Made by a program: the position numbers and the translations under genes. DNA of 64,000 bases from the human T2T-CHM13v2.0 reference genome, Homo sapiens: NCBI RefSeq assembly GCF_009914755.1, contig NC_060926.1, one strand, 5' to 3'. This document shows positions 1-17,000 of the stretch, one piece after another (the first letter of the stretch is position 1; the number at the start of each line of letters is the position of its first letter). A model generated the notes under the pieces. It was not told the origin of the DNA, made no database searches, and worked only from the letters and a program-made list of their open reading frames with translations.

Positions 1-395
1 TCTGACATCAAAAGGTGAAGCAGAGGACATGAAAACCCTCACTGTGCCTCCTCCATAGACTAGCCAGAGCTACTCCATGGTCAGTGGTCTCTTATTAGGA
101 ACGAATGCTGGTTGATCGTTGTGTCAAAACCACAAAAGGGAAGAGCAACAGTCAGGTGGTTGGTTGATATCAATGGTGGAGTCTTTATAAATGGCTGGAT
201 TCTGTTTAACCCTTTCTTTAACGAAGAAAGCCTAATGGAACTTAGTGAAGAAGGGGTTATAATGTGGCATGTCTGGCCTCCCATTTCGTCATGGCCAGGA
301 ACTCAGTTTTAAGATTTCTCAGTTTTAAGATTTCTCAGTTTTAAGATTTCCATTCAGTTGGTTGTGAGGGCTTAGGACTTTATTTTTATTACTTA
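1..395 (-). mobile_element. ERV1 (MER4-group, MER65-like) 3' LTR, cut by the window edge
   Basis: The minus strand begins TAAGTAATAAAAATAAAGTCCTAAGCCC..., resembling the MER65/MER4-group LTR start. It is immediately preceded on the minus strand by the polypurine tract AAAAGGAGGAAA (396-407). Confidence 0.7.
303..350. repeat. Perfect 3x16-bp tandem repeat TCAGTTTTAAGATTTC
   Basis: Read directly: units at 303, 319 and 335. Confidence 0.95.
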
Positions 396-1030
396 TTTCC
401 TCCTTTTAGCTGAAATTTACCAGAGGCAACCTTGAAAGCCAAACTTTTATTTTGTCCCATATTGTTGCCAGGGAGGTGAGGATGCCTTCCATTTGTCCAT
501 CCTATTCCTCAGTGGGACCTCTGTAGCCAGAAGACTTAGAGCCAAAAGACATATCACCTATAAACCTTTTAAGGTCAGCCTTTAAACCTTTTAAGCAATA
601 TAGGAGCCAAAAATGCCAAAACCAAGGCCAAAATAACTTTTATGAATTGAGCTACTGTAATTTTAGTTTTAGTTAGGCTTCTAGCAATTGGCTATATAAA
701 ACATAAGAATTTTGCTAAAACCATTTAAGCTAAGGAATTTAGAGAATTTCATTTTGTTGCAGTGCTTTTTGTGGTCTCTTTAGTAATTTGTCCTAAAGTG
801 GCCAATTTTTTTTTGTCATGTCTCTGTTTGTGTAAACCCTATAAGTGGGAACAGTTTGCCCAGAAGGCTCTGTCACCAGGTATCTTGATGTTCTCTCAGT
901 AATTATCTTTTTAATCTATGGGAAGCAGAAAATTCTTTATGGTTGGGAAGGATGGAAAGGTGCCGCATAGTGGCCCAGGAGGCAAAGTCCCAAACTTCGC
1001 CAGCTGTTTAGGCATCTGTGTGCCTGTCAA
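396..1030 (-). mobile_element. 3' end of ERV1 internal region (MER4/MER65-int-like) with PPT
   Basis: PPT abuts the LTR and the sequence resembles MER4-group internal DNA. Right boundary is approximate. Confidence 0.55.
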
Positions 1031-1069
1031 AGGAGCTTTCTTAACTTCTGGCCTAGGGTATTCTTTGGA

Positions 1070-1240
1070 GCTGGAAAGGATCTTAGTGATTATTTATTTC
1101 AACTCCCTCATTGTAAAGGTTGGATAACAGCCTCCCAAAGAAGTTAAGTGATTTGCCTATGGTGACCCAAGTTATTGGTGTGAAAGCCAGAATTGGGACC
1201 TAGATTATCTCAGCTTGTATTTGTGTCCTTTTCTGCCTTA
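1070..1240 (-). mobile_element. MIR (MIR3-like) fragment
   Basis: Antisense MIR core: ...aagttaagtgatttgcctatggtgacccaag...gccagaattgggacctag. Confidence 0.65.
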
Positions 1241-1340
1241 TCATATTGCACTGAACTTGCTGATCATTGTGTTGACAATCTCATTTTATTTATTTTAATA
1301 TAATTGAACTTGAAATGATTTATTTGATAACAAAATGATG

Positions 1341-1656
1341 GGTTTTGTTTGTTTGTTTGTTTGTTTCTTTGTTTTTGAAACGGAGTCTCGCTCTGTTGCC
1401 CAGGCTAGAGTGCAGTGGCGTGGTCTTGGCTCACTGCAACCTCGGCCTCTCAGGTTCAAGGGATTCTCCTGCCTCAGCCTCCTGAGTAACTGGGACTATA
1501 GGCGCCCGCCACCACGCCCGGCTAATTTTTTATATTTTTAGTAGAGACAGGTTTCACCGTGTTAGCCAGGATGGTCTCTATCTCCTGACCTCGTGATCCA
1601 CCCACCTCAGCCTCCCAAAGTGCTGGGATTACAGGTGTGAACCACCATGCCCAGCC
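1341..1656 (-). mobile_element. Alu (AluSc-like), full length
   Basis: Dimeric Alu with a (TTTG)n tail. TSD ACAAAATGATG at 1330-1340 and 1658-1668. Confidence 0.97.
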
Positions 1657-2099
1657 CACAAAATGATGTTTTTAAAAATGTTTTTTAAAGAGTAAATTTT
1701 GTTACTTTACTAAAAATACATCCAAATTGTGTAGGATTTGATTTCATATTTGTGTTAAGGAAACACACTATGTTTTCTGTTGAAGGGACCACATTTTGCT
1801 TAAAGCTTTCTCTTAACTATGTTTATACTAATACTTAATTCTTGTGGTTAGAAATTTTTTTTACTTTAGTTAAGCATTGTTTTCTTTCTCCTATATTCTT
1901 TTGAATTGCAAGTATTCCTGAGAAAGGTAACAATTTAGGTCACTGATTCCTTATCGTGAATATATATTCCCAGATTACATTACAATAACATGGAGAACGA
2001 AAGGATTGAGAGGAAAATAAACATTAAATAAAGAAGAAAAATGAAGTGGATGGAGAGTTAAAAAATTCTCCAAAAGGTAACTTAGAAAAACCACTACAG

Positions 2100-2520
2100 A
2101 CGAAATTTGTAGGTTGTAAGGGACCTACTAATCTTTTACTATCCCCATCTAATTCTTGAAGCATGTGTGAAAATCTAAACTTTTCCAGTGACAGGGAGCT
2201 TTCTTCATTCTGGGGAAATTTATGCCATCTACAATGACTGGGACAATCACTTTATACAGTTACCCTTCATACTGAACTAAAATTTATCACCTAGTAGTTA
2301 TCCCATTGAGTCCTATTTTTTCACCCACTTGGAATGCTTCCCCACCATAAAGGAAATGACCTGTCCATGACATCCTTCCTTTTCTATAGACTAAATAATT
2401 CCATTTATTTTCTTCTGGGATTATGATGCAATCTTCTCATAGCTATTTTTCTTCCGTGGTTGATTTTTGCTAAAGGGTGTGGCCCAGAAAATAAATCTCA
2501 CCACCTTTGCTAGGACTAAT
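2100..2520 (-). mobile_element. L3/CR1 3' fragment, highly diverged
   Basis: ccagtgacagggagct...ttcatactgaactaaaattta...cccattgagtccta resembles the antisense CR1/L3 3' end. Confidence 0.5.
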
Positions 2521-5399
2521 GTTTGCACAGTCAGACTCAGATATTCTCAAATCTACCAAAGGGTAATAACTTATTTTTTATTTTTATGTTTTAATCCATG
2601 TGTGGAAGACTTGAAGAAAGCAATATTGGCTGCAAAGCCTTGTGCTGAGAAGGGGGATCTGTGCAATAATGGGATTTCTGGATGCTTTAAAAAAATCAAA
2701 TTGAACAAGTTCCACAGCTCTCAGGAGCTGTAGATAAACATAAACTTGCAAAGGTGTCAATTACGGACCCAGAAAACAAGATTTAAGATTTGTTCCATTG
2801 GTCAAAAGCTAGAATAGGAATTAGAATCTAGAATGCAAATACTGAAAAATCTGCGTAGTTCTCTAAAACTTTGTGGAACTTTATGAAACTTTATGGAACG
2901 TTTATGGAACTCACCGGTCAACTTCTTGACAATGGTGAGAATATTGGTGTATCAATCTATATGCATTTAGCACTTTTAACATAATCTATTAATGGCTAGG
3001 AAGAAAAAACCTCCCAGGAGATATCACTGCTTTTTGTTTTTATTGTTACATTACCTATGACAAGTTCTTTTCCAATACAGAACATAGGAACTATAATCGG
3101 GTCTCATAACTAAGTATGCACAATTCCTAGCATCATCATGAAAATTAACCTACGTTATAGGGAGCTCAGTCTGTCCCCAAAGATAGTCAAATGCATGGCA
3201 TGGTATGTAGTACAGCCTCAATGTGGCATGCTCTTGCTGATCTAAACACATATGACTGACATTTAGTAATTAGAAATTGAGATTAAGGTTTTATCCCATG
3301 AAAACATGCAAATTAATTTTGGAAGGATAACCCATTTATCTTTAATAGAAATTTTCACATTGCGGTGAATTATTTGAATAGCATCTTTCCAGACATCACC
3401 TTTTGATTGAAGGAAGAAGAGCAGCAGAAAACTGAGGAAATACAAAAAAAGGAAGACTGAGGCCACCAAAAGTAACTTGATTCACTTAGGAAGTTTTTGG
3501 GCAGTAAGAATTGTTGCTACCTTTGTCACCGAATACCAAATCTGTGCCCCAAATTCAATTCATGCCTGTCTCTTGTTTAATGTTTCCATTAACATAGTTA
3601 TTCCTAATGCTCTTTCCCAATTTTCTTTCTCTTTTTTCCTGTTAGTCTCCTTCCTGTAGACTTAGTTCACACCCACGTCTTAAAATTGTCTTTGTTCCAT
3701 CTTCTCTGGGCCTCTGCCCAGGCCACCCCACGTGTTTGGAATGCCCACATCATTCCAGCTTGATTGCCTCCTTTTCATCTTTGCATCTGAATTCTCTCAT
3801 ATTCTAGACAAAGAGACCTGGGAACTTCATCCTTTATCTCTACCCTGTAAATATTGTGCTTGACTCAACATTTTCTAATCTGGCCACTAGCCATATTTTA
3901 ATACACTGCAATGCGTTCTTTCTTTGAACTGTTGACTACGCAGTTGTTATTGTCTCCAATTCTCTAGGGAGTTTTTCATTGTAACTATATTAGATCACAG
4001 ACTCCCAGAAATAAATGTTTAGCTTATATCCAATCAGAATGTCATACCTATGTATAAAAAGAGAAGAATCCTACCTACTCACACATATTTTATTCATCAA
4101 TTTCCCAATCACATTCCATTCCAAGTGTGAAGGAGGCATTTGAAATACCCATAATAATGGCTCTGGTAGCCTAAGATTTTGTATCCAAAAGACACGGTTA
4201 AAAGGAACTCAAATTCCCTGAAAAGAGTCCCATTACCCATTAACAACAAGCAATTGACTGTTAGAGTTGAGTTTATCAGATTATCTGACTGTCAGGTTTC
4301 AGAGAGCTCATCCCTCAAAAATGGGACTAAGGAAAAGGAGACGTGAATGTTAGGAAAGAGCACCAGAAATATTCAGAAAATTAGATGTCACTCGGGGACT
4401 GTCTTGTTCATAGCCTCTCCTAGTTTTATGCCCACTCAGCAGGTTGGTTATCAATTAAGGGCCAAGCAGGACTGAAAAAATGAGAAGAAATAATGAAGCA
4501 TTTTATATCAGGAAAACTGAGCATATTAATACACTATAAATGCTCTTTTATATTACTATAATGTAGAAGAAATATAGTGTTTCTACAGTAAATAATGATA
4601 TTCTTGTATAGGACTCTAGAGTCTGTTTTCCAAGCTGATAAATTTGATTTAATAATTAAAAGTTTAAAAGAGAGAGAGAAGATAGATACTCAGCAGATTA
4701 CATCATGCAGGGTCCAGGGAATGCTAGAAAATTAGTCTATTCAACCACATTGAGTGTCCTCCTCTTCAGACAACAGTTTCTTTGCAGGTTGACAATGTAG
4801 GAGCAATGAAAAAAAAATGAGAAACACAAAACAAAAAGATTTCATGTGTGTTCATGAACTTTAATGACACTTTTGTTTCCAAGAAGGAAGGAAAGGCAGA
4901 CAATTAGTTACTCTTATGCAATTTCCTGGTACTCTTTTATTGTGCTGATAAATATATCCCTTTTGACAAACTAGATAGTGTATTAGAGTCTGTGATAAAA
5001 GCTCTTAAATGTGGATTTCCTTTTCCTCAGGGAACTAGACTACACATTTATTGTTCCTGTTATTGTTCCTCTGAGCAAAAATGTGAGTTTATATAAGAGG
5101 AGAGTTCCAAAGGGAAGCTTATTTTCCACTGGGACTTTTTAATTTAAAACATACACACACTTGCGCACACACACACATCCTATTCTGTGGTAGAATTTAT
5201 AGTAAAAGATGCTTTATGTTCCTCTAAGCTATTAATAATATGTGAGATATCTATAAGTTATATTCTGATGTTCAAGGCACTGAACTATTAAAAGCCATAG
5301 TATACATAGAAAATGTTTCAAATATGAAGAAAATAAAGAATAATAGCATCTCCACAGAGTGTTAGCATGCTTTTAAACTTCCCAGCCTTTTGATGTCCA

Positions 5400-5540
5400 T
5401 GAAATCTTCATGACAAATATTTAAGATGAAAACTGAGTAGTACTATATCTACTTTGTGTATGAGCAAACTAAGAGATTCACTGACTTACAAGGGTTATAG
5501 AGTCAAGTGGCAGATCTGGAGCTAGAAATATTTTTACTGA
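5400..5540 (-). mobile_element. MIR fragment
   Basis: Diverged antisense MIR core (...caagggttatagagtcaagtggcagatctggagctagaa). Confidence 0.55.
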
Positions 5541-5913
5541 CCCCCCCTGAACAAAAAAGGACAGAATTTTACCTTTGTAATTCACGTTTATTAAAATTTA
5601 CACATGTATACATTATGCACTTATTTCTATTTTCTTTTTAATGATAATGCATGTTTACTATAGAAAATTTAATGATACAGAAGGGTATGATTAAGAAACA
5701 AACTGATTCCACCACCCAATGATAATAATTATTATTATTCTGGAGATAATTATTCCAGTTGTATATAATATAATGTTATATGTAATATGTATAATTATAA
5801 ATATGAAATTTATTTGTCATACCTCTGGAGGCTGGAAGTCTGAGATGGGTGTGCCAGCCTGGTCAGGTTCTGGTGAGGACCCTCTTCCAGGTTGCAGACT
5901 GCTGACTTTTCAT

Positions 5914-6603
5914 TGTTGTTGGTGGGCTGGTTCAGGTTCTTGACTTTCTGCACAAAAGAATTTGAGAGCGAGTCCAAAATAAGAGTAGTCAAAGAAGTTT
6001 CTTGCAAAGCAAAAGTACACTCTGAGAGGCAGAGAGGAATGCTCAAAGGGAGAGACAGTCCCTGGTATCTTTAGGGGAGTTCCTTTTATGGGAGCTGTAC
6101 ATACATGTTCATAAAATACTGGTGAGGTCAAGTGTGCAAAGGCGGACCTGCAGTTGGTGCATGCGCTCAGCATCTACATGCTCTACATGTATCATAAGCA
6201 TAGAAAATTTCCACCTAGGAGTTTGTTTTTTACTATTAAAATGAGGAAAAGACCACTGTGTGCTAAACCTTGAAAGTAGCTGCACATGTAGGAACCCGAA
6301 AAAGTCCCTAGCTCCCCTATGACAGGAATTTGCAGTTAATAGCTCTTGGGCTTTTGGTGCTGACTGGCTGGAGATTAGAAAGCTACAACATGAATAAGGG
6401 ACTTTTGTTCTCTTTCTGGGACCTTACTGGCTATCAGGAACTTGTAATCATCTGGTGGTTGGCTGGTATGCAGCAGAACCACGTATTTTACGAGATAGTT
6501 AGGTGCTGATGCATGAAGATGCAAGGGATGCAAAAGGAGTCCACGGGGCTTCACACAAGGGGACAAGTCATTATGACCTCCACACCTTACTTATCCTGCC
6601 TCA
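5914..6603 (-). mobile_element. ERV1 solo LTR (MER50/MER83-like)
   Basis: TG...CA termini; the minus strand begins TGAGGCAGGATAAGTAAGG. Imperfect 4-bp TSD TCAT/CCAT. Confidence 0.7.
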
Positions 6604-6740
6604 CCATTAGCTAAATCTCTAGCCTCTTCTTATAAGAACACTAATTCTGTTTATGAGGGCTCTACTCTCATGACCTAATTGTCTCCCAAAGGCCCCACCT
6701 CCAAATACTATCACATTGAGATTAGGATTTTAACATATGC

Positions 6741-7032
6741 TTTTTTTTTTTTTTTTTTTTGAGATGAAGTCTCACTCTGTCACCCAGGCTGCAGTGCAGT
6801 GGCACGATCCCGGCTCCCTGCAGCCTCTGCCTCCTGGGTTCCAGTGATTCTCCTGCCAAGTAGCTGGGATTAGAGGCACATGCCACCACACCCAGCTGAT
6901 TTTTGTATTTTTAGTAGAGATGGCATTTCACTATGTTGGCCAGGCTGGTCTTGAACTCCGGACCTCAAGTGATCCGCCCGCTTCAGCCTCCCAAAATGCT
7001 GGGATTACAGGCGTGAACCACCGCACCCAGCC
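6741..7032 (-). mobile_element. Alu (AluSx-like)
   Basis: PolyT followed by Alu body. TSD AACATATG at 6732-6739 and 7033-7040. Confidence 0.97.
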
Positions 7033-8322
7033 AACATATGAATTTTTGAGGAACACGAACATTCAGTCCATTGCATGGAGGGAAAGAACTATTGACTCAG
7101 TGGTATATTAGACATATCAGTTGAGAAGACTTAGTTTCAAGAATTAGAAAATGTTAACTTACCTGGGGTAAGCAATAAAAAGATTTATTACCCAGTAATT
7201 AGCATTATCAAGACTTCAAGTTCTTTCTATTTTTATATTCTTTCATCAGCAGAAAAACTCACTTCTTTCATTCCTCTCATGGCACCACAAATGCAATGCA
7301 AGAAGGTATCTCTCTTGTATCTTTTATCTATCTTTTTATAGAAAATCATAGCTAGCTAGCTAGCTACTGAGATAGAGAAATATAACAAGACAAAAAGCAA
7401 AGCATGTGAGAAGAGACACAGAAAAAATGAGAAGAAAAAGAGAGAAAAAGGAAGGAAGCGCCTGAAAGAAGAAATAGGTAACTTTTCCCTAGGCATTAGA
7501 CCTTTTATTAGTTATCACAAGTAGTCTAAGTGAATAATAAAGGTCTAGTATACAAGAATGAGGCCACCATACATGGAGGACATGGAACTGTGATGATGTC
7601 CCAGTGGAGGACGTGGAACATAATCCCATGTATGTCCCAGTGGAGAATGTGGAACTGTGATTACATATATGCACAGTATTTCTTCTCTTGGAAAGGAGGC
7701 ATCAAAAAGGGGATAGGCAAAATTGAAAGCTTTCTATTACGGGTAGAATGTTGTCTTCTGAATACTCCTCTATTTTACAGAATTTTACATTGTTAACCCA
7801 TTGTTCTAAGGCATCAAGTCTATAATAACACAAGAGCTGTGGATGTCTTCCTTTGGGGAAGAAATGAGAGTGTCTCAGGGAAGTCCTTCCACCCTTAAAA
7901 ACCATTCCCTTCAAAATAATTGGTCCCCTTGTGACTTCCTGGGTCCAGATATATAGACAGTTCTGCTCTTACAACAGAAGCCACTTGATTAGGCTTTAAT
8001 CATGTTATTTAACCACAATTGGCAGAATTTAAAAACTGCCATTGTAGTGTCCACCTCAAATTATAACTACTTATGTTATTCAACATAGCTCGCCAGATGT
8101 AATCAAATAAGCACCACATATATACACGGTAATGAAGACTGCCCCATGTTTCCTTTTCTCACAAATGTGTAAGTCGTAGGAAATTGAGGTGCAAATGTCT
8201 TTCAGTTTAATCTCAGTTTCTTACTGAATTCAACTCAGTCAGAGGATCTCACTCAGAATAAGTAGTACAGTGAGTACAGTCACTTCAGCGGCTATAGACT
8301 AGACTGTTTTCCACTGGGATGG

Positions 8323-9007
<685 letters not shown>

Positions 9008-9299
9008 GATAGGTATAGCTTTTCCAGAAAATGCAAGGTTTTGAAAATCTTAACAAACTAGGAATCTAAGTGCTAAATTTCCTCACACAGGCAAAAATAA
9101 TATTTCCTAATTTCCCTCAGTTGCCAAATATCCTCCAAGCTTTCCAAGCTGAGGTTTGAAAATTACTCAACTTGTAGGTTACTTCAGTTTGTTTTCTTCC
9201 ACATGTAGGTTTAAGATCCTTTATTCTTGAATTTTATTTTTCCTAACATAGTTGTTTAAATTCTTTCACAAAGTTTCCCTGTAATAAGAGAAATAAAGT

Positions 9300-13605
<4,306 letters not shown>

Positions 13606-13606
13606 G

Positions 13607-14053
13607 TACCATGGATTCAACTAACTGGAAAATATACTTAGAGACTCTGAAATTTGTGTGCAGAGGGCTTTTGGGGGAGTGAGCTCAGTAATAACATCAC
13701 TGAGGCAGGCAGAGTGCAGGACTGGGTAGAAAAAGAAGTTGAACTGAGAAGTCATTGCAAAGGAGACCTCAACTAATTCCATGGAGCGTACTGGAGCTGG
13801 GATGCCCCTTTAGAGTCTTTCTGAATTCCAGCAAGAAGCAGGGCCTCAGAACCCATACCATAACCACCTGTTGCATGCAGAATACCTTTAGGGAGGAAAG
13901 CAACCTTCACTGAGTCAGCTTTATACAAATGTGCATTATTTCCATAGAGAAACACTGCTATGAGCTATCAGCAATTAACATTCTGAGTACTTGAAGGAAT
14001 GAGTGTATGGGCCCTAAAGATCACTCTAGGTGGCCTGCAATAATGTCCATGGC
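13607..14053 (-). mobile_element. LTR33-like ERVL 5' LTR
   Basis: gaagttgaactg...gacctcaactaattccatggagcgtactggagctgggatgccccttt matches antisense LTR33. It is adjacent to the PBS-like sequence. Confidence 0.72.
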
Positions 14054-14074
14054 TTTATTTGATAATAACAAGAA

Positions 14075-14604
14075 ATGATTTCCAATTTCATCCATGTCCC
14101 TACAAAGGACACGAACTCATCATTTTTTATGGCTGCATAGTATTCTATGGTGTATATGTGCCACATTTTCTTAACCCAGTCTATCATTGTTGGACATTTG
14201 GGTTGGTTCCAAGTCTTTGCTATTATGAATAGTGCCGCAATAAACATACGTGTGCATGTGTCTTTATAGCAGCATGATTTATAGTCCTTTGGGTATATAC
14301 CCAGTAATGGGATGGCTGGGTCAAATGGGATTTCTTGTTCTAGATTCCTGAGGAATCACCACACTGACTTCCACAATGGTCGAACTAGTTTACAGTCCCA
14401 CCAACAGTGTAAAAATGTTCCTATTTCTCCACATCCTCTCCAGCATTAGGAGGTATTCCTAAAGCTAAATGACGAGTTAATGGGTGCAGCACACCAGCAT
14501 GGCACATGTATACATATGTAACTAACCTGCACGTTGTGCACATGTACCCTAAAACTTAAAGTATAATAATAATAGTAATAATTTAAAAAATAAAACAAAA
14601 AAGA
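14075..14604 (+). mobile_element. 5'-truncated, 5'-inverted L1PA (L1PA3-like)
   Basis: 14075-14445 is antisense ORF2 end/3'UTR; 14442-14604 is the sense 3' terminus with an A-rich tail. Imperfect TSD AAGAAATGAT/AAGAGAATGAT. Confidence 0.92.
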
Positions 14605-16429
14605 AAGAGAATGATACGAGGAAAGTTAACAGTTTCTGAAAAAGATGTTTAAGACTTGTCAGTTCTGAAAAAATCTAGGAAAGAACAAGAGTGTGCTGAA
14701 ATTTCTTGCTCATTCTGCTAATTGAAGGCATAGTACAGAATGGAACCTTGGCATAGGGGAAAGTGAAATCCTAGGGAATAGTTTGAGTATTACCATGAAA
14801 TACTAGGCTTCAGTTCAAGGAGGAAGGTAACAGAAAAGCCACTGAGAAGATAGTGGAGTTTCTTCTCATTAAGACAAGGATAAATTTGTCAGAGACATGT
14901 CATGAGAGAAAATAGCATAGGTGAATTTACGTAACAGCTAGAGTTGATCAATATTATCAATAATACAGTCTAGTTTGTTAAATGCATTTACAAACCAGGG
15001 ACTGTATTCTTGGGATTGGAAAAATAAAACTCAGATCAAGATAAGTTATGTAATTGTAGTCACAGAGCAAGTAAGAGTTAATATGAAAATTATACTAATT
15101 TTGTTTGTACTATACTTCTTATTACAGACTGAAATATCCTGCAGTTTGAGTGTAAGATAGTAATTATGAAAAACAAGCATAAATGATGAAAGAGGCAAGA
15201 GATTGAGTCTGAGACCAGAGGCCCATGTCAAAATGAGTCATAAGAAGGAACAGGGTTGAACAGACTGAGGTTTTTAAACTTAATGGCCTCAGTGTTCCAA
15301 ATGTGGCTGCAAATGGTGACAGGATGTCGGGATACACAATTGTTGACTTGAAGCTCTATGAAGAAACTTTGGAAAGATCTCTGAAATTGGAGTTTTTTTT
15401 AAGCTTAGTCTTTTATCACATGATCTTTGGATAATATTTCTGTTTATGAGCTGAAGTAAATTTAAACAGGAAACTTTACAATTTTCTTGGTGATTACACA
15501 GCAGTAATTTCAGGACTGTTTTCCTTAGGAATCCGGATGGTAATTACTAAAACTCCAAAGCTAATTATGTTGTTATGCTAGTGAGACTGTAGCTATGGAT
15601 GAGAAGTCTTTTCCATTTGCAGGCTTGATTTGTAAGCATCGTAATTGTACTTTCACCCTAAACCATTCCACTCCTACTTCCCACCCCCTAGGAGTAAAGG
15701 GAAGCAATAATTCAATTGAGATGTCCCTTTGGAGAGGGAGATTTTGTTTAAAAAAAATATTTAGTCAGAACAGAAAATAGTTTTTCTTTTTTAAAAAAAT
15801 AGGCAATCAATCCATATATACATCATTTGATAAATGCTAAAAACACCCAGATGCTTTATTTAAAAATGGCAAACTGGGTTTCCAAAAGGATTGAGACCTC
15901 TTTAACAAGGCAGAGCTAAATAGACTGTGAGTAAGTTCTATTAAGTAAATAATCAAAAATGGCATTGTTGTGAAGAGCTAATATCTGACAGCTCACATGA
16001 GTAGGATGCTGTTTCTATAAGCTGTTAAGTGTGCAATGAGGTGAGCCTTCAAATATACAAGCATGTAAATATAGTTGGACAAGCAGCGTATCTAAAGCAT
16101 CTCACATTGAAGCAAAGTCAGCTGTGTATTTCAACAATTGTAGTATTTTAACAATACTACATTTAGGTAAACAAAGCAAATTTGTTTAAAAAATAAATAG
16201 AATGTCACAAATGCAGATAAATAAGCATGTATTTAAATGGGCTATTAGGGTTTTTTCTTCTCCCCCAGTTGTTCTCTTCTAAAACAAGAAGGAGAAATTA
16301 AACACATCTAAGGCAGCCCTGTAACAAAGAATGTAAATGGCCAGATGTCAAGACATGCCAAATTAAAGCTGACACAGCAAAATCAGTTGTGCTACTTATC
16401 TTGTAACTTCACGGAAATAGGACACAGTC

Positions 16430-16560
16430 ATATCTTTTGGAAAATGGGAAGCAGTTCTAATCTTGCCTCCAGGGCACACTTACTTTGTGACCTTGGGCAA
16501 GGTTACTGATATTGCACTGTTTCTTAGTTCTCACATTTAAAATAGGGAAAAATAGGTTTT
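16430..16560 (+). mobile_element. MIR fragment
   Basis: cacttactttgtgaccttgggcaaggttact...catttaaaataggg. Confidence 0.7.
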
Positions 16561-17000
16561 AACACTGATGATAGGAAAAAAAGATAACACCTTTTGTTAT
16601 AGTTAGAAATATTTGCAGTCCAAAAATACTGAAAAAAAGAAAATAGGATTTGATTTGTAACATTTCTAAATCTGTGGTAATAGCACAGTCCCCAGTGGTA
16701 AAATTTTATAGCAAAATGGTACTGAGGTATACTTAAAATATGTCTATAACACATACATTTTGGTGAACAGTGCTAGGCTGGAGAAACCCTGAATTCTTTC
16801 TTTGCAGTGACTTTGGGCAGATGTTTGCTTTCAATCTTGCTTTTGTTATTTACCAAACTTCTTGACTTTTCACAGAACATTTTACTTTTTAATATTTCAT
16901 TTCCTAATCTCTCAGAATTTTAGTTGCTCTGCCTGTAAATTGAGAATAACAACACTAATCTCACAGACTTGTGAAGAATCAAACAAGATAACGAGAGTAC

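Larger units (their letters stand above)
5797..7075 (-). mobile_element. MaLR LTR (MLT1A/MSTC-like) split into three pieces by an ERV1 LTR and an Alu
   Basis: Pieces at ~5797-5913, ~6608-6739 and 7033-7075 are collinear with the MLT1A-type consensus and end ...acattcagtccattgca. Confidence 0.8.

Noticed and set aside
303-350. CRISPR-like or prokaryotic repeat array
   Set aside because: The units are contiguous with no spacers, and the DNA is clearly primate (Alu/L1) with no cas genes.
2467-2733. 88-aa ORF with a protein-like C-terminal half
   Set aside because: Non-ATG start overlapping an L3 relic, no recognisable homology and no convincing splice sites.
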